A stretch of DNA of 59,289 nucleotides, counting the filler, from Dimargaris cristalligena (Eukaryota): assembly GCA_003614675.1 (NCBI GenBank). It is 8 parts of 8 records of this genome, joined end to end, with 100 filler letters (N's around TTAATTAATTAA, not from the genome) between each part and the next. Parts side by side here need not be neighbours in the genome. Positions count along the whole stretch, not along the records: positions 1 to 7,356 come from ML003423.1; positions 7,457 to 14,805 come from ML003424.1; 6 more parts are not named here. The stretch is one strand, 5' to 3'. The notes beneath the pieces were generated by a model. That model made no database searches. It was not told where the DNA came from and saw only the letters and a list, made by a program, of their open reading frames with translations. Positions 1-13,048 of the stretch are shown here, piece after piece (position 1 is the stretch's first letter; every line of letters begins with the position of its first letter). Position numbers and translations under genes: made by a program.

Positions 1-1418
1 GGTGGGAATTAGTAAGAGATTTTAAAGTACTAGAAGGGTAGTTTAATTAAAAAAATCACAGTTTCTATACACTAGCTGCAAGATTATATATAAAAGAAAG
101 TTTAAGTTTATTATAATTTGATTCAGTATAGGAATAGTCCTTTAATAAGTAGTAGAAAGTATTGAAAAATAGTAAAAAGTAGTTAAAGAAAGCTAATTTT
201 TCACTAGTCCGGTTGCTAGACATCAATTTACATCGTACAGTTTTTTTTTGGCTTTCCCGAGTCATTATTCATAGATTTATTATAGGTCTTATGATTGATC
301 ACAGGGTCGGGGATCATTTTTCCCTCATTTTAAAAAAAAGTCCCATCGATCTACCTATTTCCCGTTTCGATAAAAAAATAGTCCCGCTACATCAATTGGA
401 ACTTTCATTCAAATCGTTATATAGCTTGATTGAACTTCTCCCATATAATACCATCCACCCTCACTTAAGGATAAAATGCGATGGACGGACTTCTCCCACA
501 TTGCCCACTAGCCAAATTCATTCCCACTGTAACCGTAGACCGGTGCCAACCACTGGGAGAGCGATAGGGATCACCTGGCCACCCGGATAAGCCCGGTATT
601 ATTAAACGAAGCGAGCAGTTGCTGTGATCCCTTTTGGGCCCGACTAGTGAAACCGAGGAGTATAAATCATGTTTTAATGAAATAAATAGGTTATATAGAT
701 TTAATTGGTTGCAAATAGAATTCACTCCTCGATACTCAATGGTAATCAGGGCTTCACGGCCCAATATTATGCTACCATTATTACTATGAGCAGACACTGA
801 TAATAGTGGCAATATATATTAACCGGTTGCCACATCACCTCGGTTCGGCATTGGATATACCCGTGTCTCGGCCTCTCAGCAGGCGCTCTAATCTGGGCCC
901 GGCGCCGGTGTGAACCAACCAGACTAAACCGTAACTTGTGACTCAGCCGGACTGCTTTTCCATAGGCCGAGGCCCTTTCCTTAATCTATTCCTGCCTTAA
1001 CGGGATATAGTGAGGGGGCTACATACAAGGCTCTTCCACGCACATCAACAAGCCCCCCCCGCACACACACGCCGATTCCTTTCCCAGACTCGAAACATGG
1101 CCGCCGCTTCCTCCCCTTTTATATTCTATTAAGCTATACTATACAGCATACAGGCAGGTTTGGGGGCCGCATACAATGTAGCGAGCAAAGAAGCTGAGAC
1201 AAACCCCACGTCGTCTAACCTTAAATACTGTCCCGGTTCACCACCTCTCTTCCTCCTGTATCAAGTTACTTTTGTTGTTTGACTGTCCGTGCCCCTCGCA
1301 TTCATTCGCTTGGCTCATTCACCTCTTCTTCTCTCCTACCCAATAGACCTTGCTGTTGTCTAATTCCTCCCACCAGTTTATTTCAAGACTTTTAAGACCC
1401 CTCCTCCTTCCCGGCACC

Positions 1419-3908
1419 ATGTCTCAGGTTCGGCCCGTCTGCGTTCGCGAGTACGAAAACATCGCCAAGAACATTCTGCCCCGTAGCGCCTGGGACTACT
1501 ATGCTTCGGGCGCAGAGGAAATGCTGACCGTGCAGGACAACATGGACGCTTACTCTCGGTATGTACTACAACCCCTTTCTGGTATGGGTCTATCTCTGCT
1601 CACCCACCCTCCCTCTTGGCTACTCGTATAAGACAACAAGGAGGTGGAGGAGAGAGGCCCTTTTCACGCACGCATCCCCGGCAATTCATTTCATTTATCC
1701 ACCGGTCTAATGATGACCCGCTACTTTCTTAGATAGTGATCAGGGGGGAATACCATCTGCCCCCCTGGGCTGTTTAGGTTCTAGTGCATCGATCTAACCG
1801 TTGGTATCACACCAACCATGTTACATATTGCTTTTGGATTGATTCCCCGCATTTTAGAATCCGCCTGCGTCCCCGTGTCCTCGTTGATGTGAGCAAAATC
1901 GACCTAAAGACTAAGGTCATGGGGCATACTATCCAGAACCCCATCTGTGTTTCCCCTTCCGCAATGCAGCGCATGGCCCACGATGCCGGAGAGAAGGCCA
2001 CTGCTCGGGGTAAGTCAGCTAGACCACCTCCTAGTCATTAGAAATGAGAGTCTAATTGTTGGGCTGCAGCAGGTTATATATATATATATATATATATATA
2101 TTGGCACCTTTCTCACCTCCCTTGGATGATAGTAGTATTTTCAATCTCCCTATCTAATTACCCATACTCGACCGACTCTAACCATTGAATATCCGTATCA
2201 CCCGTACACCAAACCTCTATTAATATCCCTGATTACTATAGCCTGCGCCAAGATGCGCACTTGCATGATTCTATCTTCGTGGAGCACCACCTCCCTCGAG
2301 GATGTGGATACCGCCGGCCGCGAGGTGTCCGACGACCCATCTCTCGCCAAGCGTGACCTGCCCTCTCCGACTCGCTGGTTCCAGCTGTATGTTTACAAGG
2401 ACCGCGACACCACCCTCAACTTGGTTAAGCGCGCCGAAAAGGCCGGTTACCAGGCCCTGGTGGTTACCGTCGATACCCCGTATCTGGGCCGCCGCTTAGC
2501 GGACATTCGGTAAGTCCAGAAGCCCCTTTTTAAGTTTCAGGCAATCTTATGACCCTAGGCTAGAGCTAAGCCAACTCTAACTACTCTAAGCCCTATTGGT
2601 TAGTTTTAATCCAACCCCCCCCCTCCACTTGCACACGCACACGCACACCCACCCTATTGTGACCACCCTTGCTGAATATGTTGGTATGAATCCGATCTAC
2701 TATAACACCATTCCCTACTAATATCCTTCCTAATCCTTGTCAATCTGTGGACAACCCATTTAAATCATTCCAACAGTAACAAATTTACCCTGCCTCCCCA
2801 CCTGACGCTGGCTAACCTGGAAGCCCACGGCAAGGGCGAGAAGTCCCTGATGGGCCCCGTTGATCTAACCGAATACAGTGGTGGGGCCGCCAAGCGGGCC
2901 CCCGGTCAGACGAACACGTCGGGACTGGCCGCCTACGTAGTGGACCAAACCGACGCTAGTCTCACCTGGGAAGCCATTCACTGGCTGCGTGCCAACACCA
3001 GTATGCCCATTATTGTGAAGGGCGTAATGACCGCCGAGGATGCTCGTTTGGCACTTGAAAACAAGGTTGACGGCATCATGGTGAGCAACCACGGCGGACG
3101 TCAATTGGACGGAGCACTATCCACGGTAAGTAAATATCTATTTCAGAAAAGGCCTACATTATCTGGCTACTACCCCCCTCTTCCCTTTATTTGGTGTTAC
3201 TACGCGATTCACTTATTACTGGCTGATTATCCACTGATCTCAACTCCAACTACCCCATATAATATTTCACTAACGAGTGTGTCTCTCTAAAAATATATAT
3301 CTTCATTTGTCGACTTATCTCCTGCTTATATGTAGATCGAGGCTCTGCCCGAAATAGTCGAGGCGGTCAATGGAAAGGTCGATGTCTTCATCGATGGCGG
3401 TGTCCGTCGTGGTACTGATATCTTCAAGGCCCTCGCTTTGGGTGCGAAGGCCTGCTTCCTCGGCCGCCCCGTTCTCTGGGCCCTGACCTACAAAGGTGAA
3501 GAAGGTGTCCAGGAAATGATGCAGCTCCTGGAGGACGAATTCAAGCTCTGCATGGCCCTTTCCGGTAAGTTTACTTTTACCTACCTATATCCACTAAATA
3601 GTTGGAAAAGTAGTAGATGAGGGGTGAACAAATTTTGGAATCTTGAATGCCCTCCGACAATCATCAACGAGTGTAATTAATGATGAAATGAGCATCTACT
3701 ATGTATGACATCGCTGTACCACACTCTAACCATATGGCTTCTAAATACGTGATTTATTATTGATTGCCATTCGTATTTCACGCGTATATATATATCACTC
3801 TCTATCCGCACAGGCTGTACTGACGTTTCCCAAATCTCCCGTCGCCATGTCATCCTGCCTAGCGATGGGATTGGTCCAGCCTCAGGTGTTATGCGGTCCA
3901 AACTATAA
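1419..3908 (+). CDS. HAO1: FMN-dependent alpha-hydroxy acid oxidase (glycolate oxidase/HAO family), peroxisomal; 6 exons approx. 1419-1558, 1858-2009, 2242-2509, 2777-3125, 3336-3564, 3814-3908
   Basis: Spliced frame joined by hand at GT-AG sites gives [79 protein letters not shown]. The last exon ends MRSKL* (PTS1). Confidence 0.93.
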
Positions 3909-5107
3909 ACCACATAGACTTGGATTTCGCTAAGTAACGTTTTCGACTGTTTATAAGAGAAAAGGGACCAAGGACTCTGTTTCTCACTGGATTCGATGTA
4001 CCACATAATGTCCTAATTGACGCCAACGAGGGAGCGTTATTCTTGAGCTGGTACTGCGTTTGGCATTCTGCGGATCCCCTCACAACCGACTAGTTGTTAG
4101 TTGCTTGTTATTATTTAGCAGGACTGAGCTTTTCTATTTTTACCCCTCGGTTTATAATAGATACAAAATGGTCATAATGACCATGCTTTTTCTAATTACA
4201 TATTTCACCACTTTACATTTACCGGTTGGGAAACTGACATGGAATATAAACTTATTTAATACCTATTTTCCCTTAGGGGCGTCATTTAAATGGCAGGTGA
4301 TAAAGTCGACCCCTCTAAACCCTAGATTGGGTCGATGAGAGAGGGGCATTGGGCGTCGATTACATTCAGTGGTTAAAATGCAAATGGAAAGGGAAGCAAC
4401 CGTAATAGCAGATTACATCCCATGGTATTGGAAGGAGCCGGCTATCCTGGTCTAGGTATATTACTGCAATTGGATTCGGAAACAGCCCGCTACTAAACTC
4501 AAGCCAAGGAGGGAGGGAGGGAGACGCTTATGGTGGCGCCGTCCATGATGAGCCAACTCGACCGGGACCCGTAGTTAAGGGAGTGGGGTGTGTGATATAA
4601 GAGAGGGGAGGGAAGCTTTATGGTGAGGGAGGCATGGTTTGGTGGATTAATAAAACCCTCCAGTACTAACCAACCCTCTCTCTCTTTCTCAATCGACCCG
4701 TTAACTCCCCTGATTACTCGGCGCCTTTCGGTCCCTGGCTAACCCCACGACCCCTTTCGCGGGCCTACTACAAATAATTGGGGACTGACTAAAGCCACGG
4801 ACTCTCTCATTCCAGTACCCCCCTGTCAAAATTGATTACAGGCCGAGTTCCCTTCATTCATCCGGCCTAACTAAAAGATTCCGTGTTATTTTTAGGAGTT
4901 CAGCCAATCGGTCGCTATTATAAATGGAAGGGAGTCCCCAGCCCTCGGGCCCACGCTTTATATTACCCGGACCTCATCCAATTTATTCGATAGTGACAGT
5001 CATTTTACACTTTACACTTTAACCTTTTAATCCAGTTTGGGCTCCAACCAGTTCCGTATATCTATATCTATAGACTTATAGTCCATTTAAATACACACGA
5101 CACAACT

Positions 5108-5848
5108 ATGTTCGGTCAACCCCCTTCCACTTCCATTCACCCTTCCGTGCCCTTGTCCAAGTTCCTGGCCCGCTTCGCCCCATCTCCCTCGCGCCTGGAC
5201 AAGTTGTACACGCGCAGCAAAAAGGTCGCCCGCCGGGTTTTTCTCTCCCCGGACCACGAGCAACATTTTAAGACCCAGGCCAAGGGCATCCTGCACCACG
5301 GTCGGAACTTCGCCCACGCCACCCAGCACCAGCTGACTACCTTGAGCCACGCCCTCTACGCGGTCACCCCAGTCTGGGAGGGTATGAAGCCGTGGTCCTC
5401 TACCACCACTACGAACAAGATGCAAATGATCGTGGGCGGTTGCTCGTCGGTTCTGACCAAATTGCCCATTGTGTGCACGACGGTCACTTTACTGGGATCG
5501 ACCGTAGGGTTGGCCCCTTTGGTGGTGACCCTGTCTACCCTGGCGGGCGCCGTGGCGTTTGGCGTCATGGCCGTGGCCGTGTCCACCGTGCTAGTAACGC
5601 TCTTGTTGGTCCCCGTCTCCCTGGCGGTGGCGTGTTTCGCCCTGTACACCCGCGCGGCCGTCAAGGCCCTGCCCCCGACAGTTCCGGAGCAGGTCACCGC
5701 TTGGAAGGCTGACATTGTGACGTCCACCGTGCGCTATACCACCAAAGTGCAGGATCATTGGAAGGCTAAGACGACATCCAAGTCCGCTGGAAACTGGCTG
5801 TCGCAGTGCGTCCCGGCGGTGTTTAAAGCGAAGCCCAAGAAGGAGTAG
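5108..5848 (+). CDS. Hypothetical 246-aa protein with one ~60-residue uninterrupted hydrophobic segment (possible lipid-droplet/hairpin membrane protein)
   Basis: Single ORF with coding-like GC3 bias and a TATAAA upstream (~4918). LPIVCTTVTLLGS...VACFALY contains no charged residue. Confidence 0.7.
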   Translation: MFGQPPSTSIHPSVPLSKFLARFAPSPSRLDKLYTRSKKVARRVFLSPDHEQHFKTQAKGILHHGRNFAHATQHQLTTLSHALYAVTPVWEGMKPWSSTTTTNKMQMIVGGCSSVLTKLPIVCTTVTLLGSTVGLAPLVVTLSTLAGAVAFGVMAVAVSTVLVTLLLVPVSLAVACFALYTRAAVKALPPTVPEQVTAWKADIVTSTVRYTTKVQDHWKAKTTSKSAGNWLSQCVPAVFKAKPKKE

Positions 5849-6888
5849 ACCCGCTGCTACTGTTTTTTAAATACGGCCTGGATGGATGCCCCCCTTCCCC
5901 GCTTCGGCCATCAAATTAAATTAGAAGAGGCTTAATGTACACCCGTCTTAATTATACAGTTTAGACCGTAATCAGTAGACCAAAAGGTCGCAATTGTTTA
6001 TTATCCAATTTCACTAAAGATCGATAGTTAAAGGAGAACGAGGAGGGGGATAGGGGAGTCTCCCAGGTGAGATCTTTTCTACACAGGGGTAGTATATATA
6101 TATATATATATAGATATAGTCGTCTTTGGAGGTCAATGTTAATTGGTTACTGTATACTAGAATGGTGTGGCCTCATTTAAAATGACTAGCTACCGTCTAG
6201 GACAGAGTTATCTTACTAGTTGATGTCTAGTATCAATGTGGGCTATACTATCCCACTGTCCAATATATAGATGGGCATTAGTAACATTGGCTATGCAATC
6301 CACAACACGTGATTTCGATCAAATACCTTGTTGGTTGGATTTGGCACTAAATCCCTTGGGCCTATTAACACTAACATTAACGTTAGACTGCCCTCCCTAA
6401 TCCGAAGCATTTGGGGTTGGAAGACATTATTATTATTCGATCAGCTGGCCAAGCAATGCCACCCAAATATATATATATATAAATAATAGATATTACTGAC
6501 TGACTCACCCTAAACAAAGCCCCGAAAGTATGATTTATCAAGCCTTATTTGCAGTTAGGAGGTTATCTTTAGTCTAAATGTAATATGGTCCGTGGGAAGG
6601 TGGGAAGAAAGCCGATGCCGCGGATGTTCTATACTTTATACAGCAGCGTCCATTTCTAGAGGTGGTGGTGGTGAATCACAAGTATTGTCGTGGCTCATTA
6701 TAATGGTTGCCTAATCCAGTCATCATTTCCCTCTCACTCGAGCAGTGACGACTTTTTTTAGAATTTTTTATATAGCTGACTCCCTCCTCCCTCCTTCCTC
6801 CAACCTTAAAGCTAGCCTGTATTGTGTGTCGTCGTTTGATCCCTCGCTTCGCTGTTTTTACTTTATATATAGTTTCTTCGGTCTACAC

Positions 6889-7356
6889 ATGCCTTTAGGT
6901 CGGTATAGCTCACTATTTGCCTCTGTTCGCCTGCTCCGTGCCACTTCTACTGTTTTTCAACCCGCTTCTACTACCCGCTATCCGCCCTTTTCTTTAACCA
7001 CCCGGTTGGTCAGGCAAATCCCGTTGATTTCGGCTCCCGTATCTACGCTGCTGCCCTCCATTACTACTACTACTAACCCTTTCCGCTCGCTCACCACCAC
7101 CAGCACCGCCCAAGCCCCGCACCGCATCAACATGCTGGACTTCTTCAAGAACGAAATCGCCCAAACCCTGGCCGGCTTCTCCGGTTTGGAGCCCCAGGTC
7201 ATTTTCAATGCCATCGACACCCCCAAGGTGGCCGATCACGGTGATTTGGCCGTGGCCGTACCCCGGCTGCGTCTCCCGGGCAAGCCGGTCGAGATCGCCA
7301 AGGACTGGGTTGCCCGGTTCGAACCCACCGAATACGTCACCAAGTGCTCCCACATT
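6889..7356 (+). CDS. RARS: Arginyl-tRNA synthetase, N-terminal part, truncated by contig end
   Basis: MLDFFKNEIAQTLA...DHGDLAVAVPRLRLPGKPVEIAKDW matches the fungal ArgRS N-terminal domain. In-frame ATGs at 6889 and 7132. Confidence 0.85.
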
Positions 7357-7456
7357 NNNNNNNNNNNNNNNNNNNNNNNNNNNNNNNNNNNNNNNNNNNN
7401 TTAATTAATTAANNNNNNNNNNNNNNNNNNNNNNNNNNNNNNNNNNNNNNNNNNNN
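7357..7456. other. Artificial contig linker (N44-TTAATTAATTAA-N44)
   Basis: Identical 100-nt spacer with stops in all six frames; recurs seven times. Confidence 0.99.
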
Positions 7457-7574
7457 AGGGGCTCATTCACTCGTCAGGGGCATACTTCCGATAAGTGCGA
7501 AAAATAGATAAAAAATAAAAGTAGGTAAAAAATGTGGTAAGTTCACCACAGTATCTATCCCTATTAGACCTTAT

Positions 7575-8095
7575 AGTGCCATATTGACCTTCCCATGGTC
7601 ACCCCCGGTACTATGGGATCCTCCTATATCATATAACTCTTCCCCTTCTAGACTCCACCTCTTTGCACTAATCACTTAATTGCTGATCTAAGACTCTTCT
7701 GGTTACCATTAGAGTCTTCTAGGTCCTCATGGCCATCTGGCTGGTTTATTCATCATATTAGTCTTAGTAGTACCCTTCCCCCAGGGCCTCCCTCTGGAGT
7801 TGTCCCTGTGTATATATAACCAGGCCCCATTGGGTCCAGTTAGATTTGGAAGCTTATTCTTACCTACCTGGTTTACCCCAATAAACTCTATATATACTCA
7901 CCCCCTTATACTAACCCATAAGTGTACCCACTGCAGATCCCTTGCATAATTAATTGCCTAGGCCTTTATTAGTTAGTATTGTACCCCATACCTAATGCTA
8001 GTAGCTGCTTAGCTGAGTCTAAAGCCCCACCTCCCATTAGAAGCCTATCCCCAGGGCTCTTGATGGACTAAGAGTAGTAAACCTAGGTAACAATA
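7575..8095. repeat. Decayed interspersed repeat, uninterrupted copy of the element at ~45500-46845
   Basis: Colinear similarity, e.g. TCCCATGGT..., CAATAAACTCTATATAT(A/G)CTCACCCCC, CTCTTGATGGACTAAGAGT. CpG-poor; differences are mostly transitions. Confidence 0.8.
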
Positions 8096-8881
8096 CTATT
8101 AATTTTTAGCCCTTTAGTTTCCCTTTCTAGGTTATCTCACCCATACCATTAAAAAATGAAGGCCCATATTTCTAATTTTCTGAATCTGTTTGTATCTTCT
8201 ACATTAGGCACCCCTTAGCCATCCCAACTTCTCTCGTGGACATATATATGATTAGGTTCTGCCGTCTTCATTGGACTCCAGTTTGCCGCCTTCCATCACC
8301 CCCAATTGTACCTTGAATGGCCGGAAATCGGTATTCATACATCCAGTTCCATAGTATACCACGTTGATGAGCGCCTGATCATCAATACAGTTGAACCTTC
8401 TCCCTTGGTGCTTCATCTATTTATCGTTCATGAATTGAGGCAAAATAGCTCACCCATCCCTTACTCAATGATACTACTAGACACTCGGCCTGACTGGGTC
8501 CAATGTGCCCTAAAAAAAGGTATCCTAATTGAATAGAACGCTATTATCAGGGTACGGTGTAAGGGAAGGCGGGTTACGGCCCGAGTGGCGCAATTGGCAC
8601 CGACGGAATACCATATCGCTTAAGCGAATATCGCAATATACAGGGTCTGACATTCGGCCTCCACCAATAATATAAGCACATCGACCGCTTATTTTTTTAT
8701 CTAGCATGAATCGAATATGTAATACATCTAACCCGTGACACCAACAGCGTAGGACCTCGGATCATCCTAGACACGAATAACATGCCACTGGCAAAAAAAA
8801 AAGAGGTATGGTCTGCAATTCACCACATATAGGGGCTGCCGATCTATGTACATGGCTGGCGAATTAGAATTTTATGTTTAA

Positions 8882-9543
8882 TTATTTCTTTGCTGTCCTC
8901 CGTCTATTCCAGTCATGAAGTGAGTCCACCCAATGTACCAACTGATGATTCCAGCGAGCTTGCCATCGATCGACCGACGGACGCCAAAGTGGGGGTGTAT
9001 TTCTACTTAAGTGGCCGGTTAATATATGTTCTTTTTGTGATCCGATATTCCGTAACAGACTCTACATTGGTACCAAAGAAAAATCGTATACGGGGCCCCG
9101 GCTGTTAGTCAGTAAGGGGCGGCAAACCGGGCTGTGAAGCATAGCTGACTAAGGGGGAAGGGAGTGCACCTCCGGGATTCGTAATCGTTTGGTACAGGCC
9201 GCCATCGAATTCCACTCGGTTATAGATCAGTCGTCGCACCAGAAGACACCTCTACCACCCTCGTTTGCCTGTGAATAGACGCGGGTCCGAAACCCCTTTT
9301 CATCGCCTAAAATATAACGTTGAACGAGATAATATAAATATAATGCGGGTTTACCTGATCGCGTAGAGAGGCCGGTAGTCCCAATTGGAGTTGGAGCCGG
9401 GATAGGAACAGACCATAAGCGAGCCGGCGTCCACCCGAGTCGATCGTTTGGTAGATGGTCTGGTATAAGACGTAGGTCAATGTACCACCCCCAACCAGTC
9501 CCCCAAGGAAACCGCGGATGGTGGAGCGCAGCGGAAGAGACAT
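8882..9543 (-). CDS. MIC12: MICOS subunit Mic12/Aim5-like small mitochondrial protein (spliced; internal exon structure unresolved)
   Basis: Exon 1 MSLPLRSTIRGFLGGLVGGGTLTYVLY...RDQ ends at a GTAAAC donor (9354). A downstream frame reads RPSVDRWQARWNHQLVHWVDSLHDWN...* with the WN...DW pattern of Mic12. Confidence 0.55.
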
Positions 9544-10455
9544 GCTGAAATGCAAGTTGGTTCCGGAAAGATAAAAAAACACAATAGTATAAAATAACCC
9601 TATGGGATCAAAAGGTTGAAAGGCTTGGGAAAATTGGGGTACAGGGAATGGGGGAGCAGAGCTAAATGGGCCCTTCTGGCTCTGGTGCACCACCCCCTTT
9701 CTGCCAGGTTTACTTGCCAGGAGGACTTTTAAAAAGTAGCTGAGTCTTCATGGACTGTTGCCTATAGGGGTTAGTTAAGTAGAGTCGACAAGCGAGCCAC
9801 TAACATGATGGGCCAGCATAGGCCAGTATAATTGATTATACACCAAGGATTTCAACGAGGGTTATAATCGTTGATTGTCCAACCATTTAAGACCAGGTGT
9901 TCAAGATGAAATTACTAATGTTTACGATTAAGTATAAGATACCTATACTTAAATTACTCTGACACCATAGCACTCGATGGCAACAATGGAATACCACAAA
10001 ATAATGGGTGTGAATAAAAAGTATTATTACTAAAAATATGCACAAGCCATAGAATCAGTGTTTTAAACGAGGTAATAACGCAGTTACTAAATAGCTTGAT
10101 CGCAACTATCAACGAAACTGAAATTAGAAAAGACATAATAAGTAAATGAATAAAAAAAATGATAAGATGAACACCGCCCCTCAACCGAACCCCGATCATA
10201 GTGGAAACCTAATGACAGGTGGTATACCGGCATATACACCAGGGCGCAAAACAATATGTAGATACATCATATCTTCCCAGCGCCCTGACACCCATTAGTT
10301 GGGATACATTTAGGAGGGGCGGTAAAACGCGAGACGACTTTTTGACCGAATGGGCCCCAAATGCCAATAGGGGAAGAAATGGCATGGCGAAAAGAAGGGG
10401 GCAAATGGAAGAGATAACCCCCAGCTTAATCGACCCAATGTCTACTATAGACCGA

Positions 10456-10485
10456 CAGAGAGAGAGAGAGAGAGATAGAGAGAGA
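10456..10485. repeat. (AG)n microsatellite (others: (AT)n ~2076-2101, (TAG)n ~33554-33577, (TACTA)n ~36230-36265)
   Basis: Read directly from the sequence. Confidence 0.85.
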
Positions 10486-10999
10486 AGGTGGGGAAGATAT
10501 TGTAAATCAGAAACACCGATGGTATAAAGTATAGATGGATATGTATATATAAATGGATATATGGGAATGGGAGGATATAAAAATATCAATATATATATAA
10601 ATGTATAAAAAGGCGAAAATATATGGCCACTCTACTAGCAGAAGTACATACGAGTATTTCGGAATGGTACTGCCATTAGAGGCATCGGTAAAGGTATATT
10701 GAATTAAGCTGCGGTTTGTAATATAAATAACGAAATTGAAGAGTTTGGGAGCAGTGGAGGGGGATCGGGACAGTCTACAGCACTCCCGGTTGGGACAGTG
10801 GTGTCGGGTTGGCCAATCCGGGAGCACCGGCGCAGATGAGTAAGCGGGCGCTACCCAATTCAGCTATCCAATTTTAATGTAGGAGTTTCGACACAGGCGT
10901 ATGTGGTTGTGGGGTTGTCCCACGCAACCAAGTTCAGCGAAAGTGCAGGGGGGATTAAGAGGGACCAATGGTCAGCGGAACGTGCATAGAGATCTAAAA

Positions 11000-13048
11000 T
11001 TACAGGGACGTGACGCGAACCACCAGCCGGGTACGATTACTTTCGTCAGCCAAAACATCCTGGAGGTCCTCCTCTGAATGGATAGTGATGAATTCGCCAT
11101 CGGCATCCCGGTAAGCCAGGCTGCCAACGTGGATATTGAGACGGTCGCCAATACGCTCCTGGAGGATGGTGAGGGTCATGGGTAAAGTAATCCGGATGGC
11201 CACCAAGTCAGCATTATACATCACCTTGACTTTGATGGAAGCCGAAGTGGCCCCCACAATCGCTGCGTTCACGGCAGCCGCGGCCACATCGCTGGAAGGG
11301 GGAAGCTGGGGCAGTGCCAGCTCGGCTCCACTGCTGGGATCGGAAGGTGATGTAGCGAGGGGCGGGGGCCCAGGCAGAGAGGCGTCCGAATAGTGCTGGG
11401 TGGCAGTAGTCTCCGAGCCGGAGCGCGACCGAGGGAAGGATCGCGAGCCGCGTGGTCCACTGGGTGAGCTCACACGCTTATCGTCAGCCAACGTATGGGT
11501 ACCCGAAATAGATGAGCTACCCGAGCGGTACCGCTCTTCACGGGAGGGGGAACCGGAACCCACGGAGGAAGGGTGGAGACTAGGGACCGTCGATGGGGCG
11601 GCGATTTCAATGTCTTCCCCGCGAGGTGCCAAGAAGTTCTGGAAGGGGGCACTGTTGATGATATAGCTAGGCTGTTGGAATAGACTACGCAGGTATTCAT
11701 CCAACTGGACTCGACGTTGGGCCGTAATAGTTTCGTTGACAAAGGAGAGGGGGCCGGGCATGAAGGGTAGCGTACGGGGCTCATCCATTCGACCGGCCTC
11801 CTTCGGGAACTCTTCCAACAAATATACTTGGAACTGGTAGAACTCCTCATAGAGGCGGAAAAGGATACGCTGTGTGCCATCCTGGAACGCCATTTGGATC
11901 TGGAAGTAGAAGCGGTCGCCTTTGTTTTTGAACGACACCACCGAAATGCCCGCGACCTCCTCTGCCACAAAACAGTGGGCAGGGGAAATGGTGGGAACCT
12001 CTCCATTGGTATCCATGGAGGTTCGGGGAGCTGCGGCCCGATAGGATGGATCCTGGGATTCCAGGCTCGATTGGCGGGGAGCATACGGTCCGGGGGTTCC
12101 GTGGCTCCCGCTGCTGCTCACGCTCGCGCGCGATACACGCTGTCCGGAAACCGCGATGGGCCCGGCGGCCGAAGCCCGGTGGGCTCCAGGGTAGGACTGG
12201 GCAGGGCCAGAGTTGGCTACCACACCCAGGGGGATGTGCTGTCGGTCCTGCTCCATGGTTTCACGCTTCCACTCCGCCACCCCGGGGAGTTTGATATTAT
12301 TGGCACGCAACATTTCGTGCAGATTGGTAACTGGTTGGCCGGTCTTCAGGTCACGCACCTGGATAAAGGACACTGGCAGTAGACCCGGTCCACCAATTCG
12401 GTTGATGGGTTTAGCAACAAACCAGTCTTCGTTAGATTGGGCAATGATGATAACATGGTCGCCAGTCTTGGCGGCTAATTCATCGGGGCGCTCGGCATCA
12501 AAGTCGTAGAGGACGGTGCCATAAATCTGGGGCTGTTGGGGACGGGCCCGGGAGTTGCGACGAGCCGTAGGAACAGTTCCGCCGGGCGCCACACCCAGGG
12601 GTGAACTAGTGCGCGAATGAGGGGGATTCAGGTTGGCTAGAGCGGGGTTTTGAGGGACCGGGTGGACCATGTGGGCCATCTGGCCCTGGACTGAGGCGAT
12701 CTGGGACAAGCAGGCGGGGGCAGGGCTACTTTCCCGGCGCTTGCTGACGATTTGGAAATAGCTGACGGGAACAAGGCCGCGGGCCCCGGTGTTGGGGTTG
12801 GAGGCCAGGTACCAGAATTCGTCATTTTCATTGGCGACGACCATGAAAAAGTCGCCCTTGATAAAAGAGAGTTCCTCGGGGCTCTCAGCGGTGTAGTCGT
12901 AGAGGGCCTTGATGACTTTCTTGGGGGGGTTCATAATCTCCGGGGACTTGGGCTGGAGGTGGAAGGTGCCCTGCACTGAAGTCCCACCCTTGCTGGAGTT
13001 GGGCAACGACTTGCGCAGGGTATTCAGTGGCTTAAGGGCCTTCGACAT
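11000..13048 (-). CDS. BEM1: Polarity scaffold Bem1/Scd2 (SH3-SH3-PX-PB1)
   Basis: PPKKVIKALYDY...ELSF.KGDFF (SH3), LYDFDAERPDEL...KPINRIGGPGLLPVSF (SH3), RLYEEFYQFQ..LL..FP.EAG...LPFMPGP (PX), IKVKV...YRDADGEFITIHSEEDL (PB1). Confidence 0.95.
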   Translation of the reverse strand: MSKALKPLNTLRKSLPNSSKGGTSVQGTFHLQPKSPEIMNPPKKVIKALYDYTAESPEELSFIKGDFFMVVANENDEFWYLASNPNTGARGLVPVSYFQIVSKRRESSPAPACLSQIASVQGQMAHMVHPVPQNPALANLNPPHSRTSSPLGVAPGGTVPTARRNSRARPQQPQIYGTVLYDFDAERPDELAAKTGDHVIIIAQSNEDWFVAKPINRIGGPGLLPVSFIQVRDLKTGQPVTNLHEMLRANNIKLPGVAEWKRETMEQDRQHIPLGVVANSGPAQSYPGAHRASAAGPIAVSGQRVSRASVSSSGSHGTPGPYAPRQSSLESQDPSYRAAAPRTSMDTNGEVPTISPAHCFVAEEVAGISVVSFKNKGDRFYFQIQMAFQDGTQRILFRLYEEFYQFQVYLLEEFPKEAGRMDEPRTLPFMPGPLSFVNETITAQRRVQLDEYLRSLFQQPSYIINSAPFQNFLAPRGEDIEIAAPSTVPSLHPSSVGSGSPSREERYRSGSSSISGTHTLADDKRVSSPSGPRGSRSFPRSRSGSETTATQHYSDASLPGPPPLATSPSDPSSGAELALPQLPPSSDVAAAAVNAAIVGATSASIKVKVMYNADLVAIRITLPMTLTILQERIGDRLNIHVGSLAYRDADGEFITIHSEEDLQDVLADESNRTRLVVRVTSL

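Noticed and set aside
1-590. AT-rich start and ORFs 65-265 and 213-590
   Set aside because: No motifs or codon bias; possibly decayed repeat DNA but unassignable.
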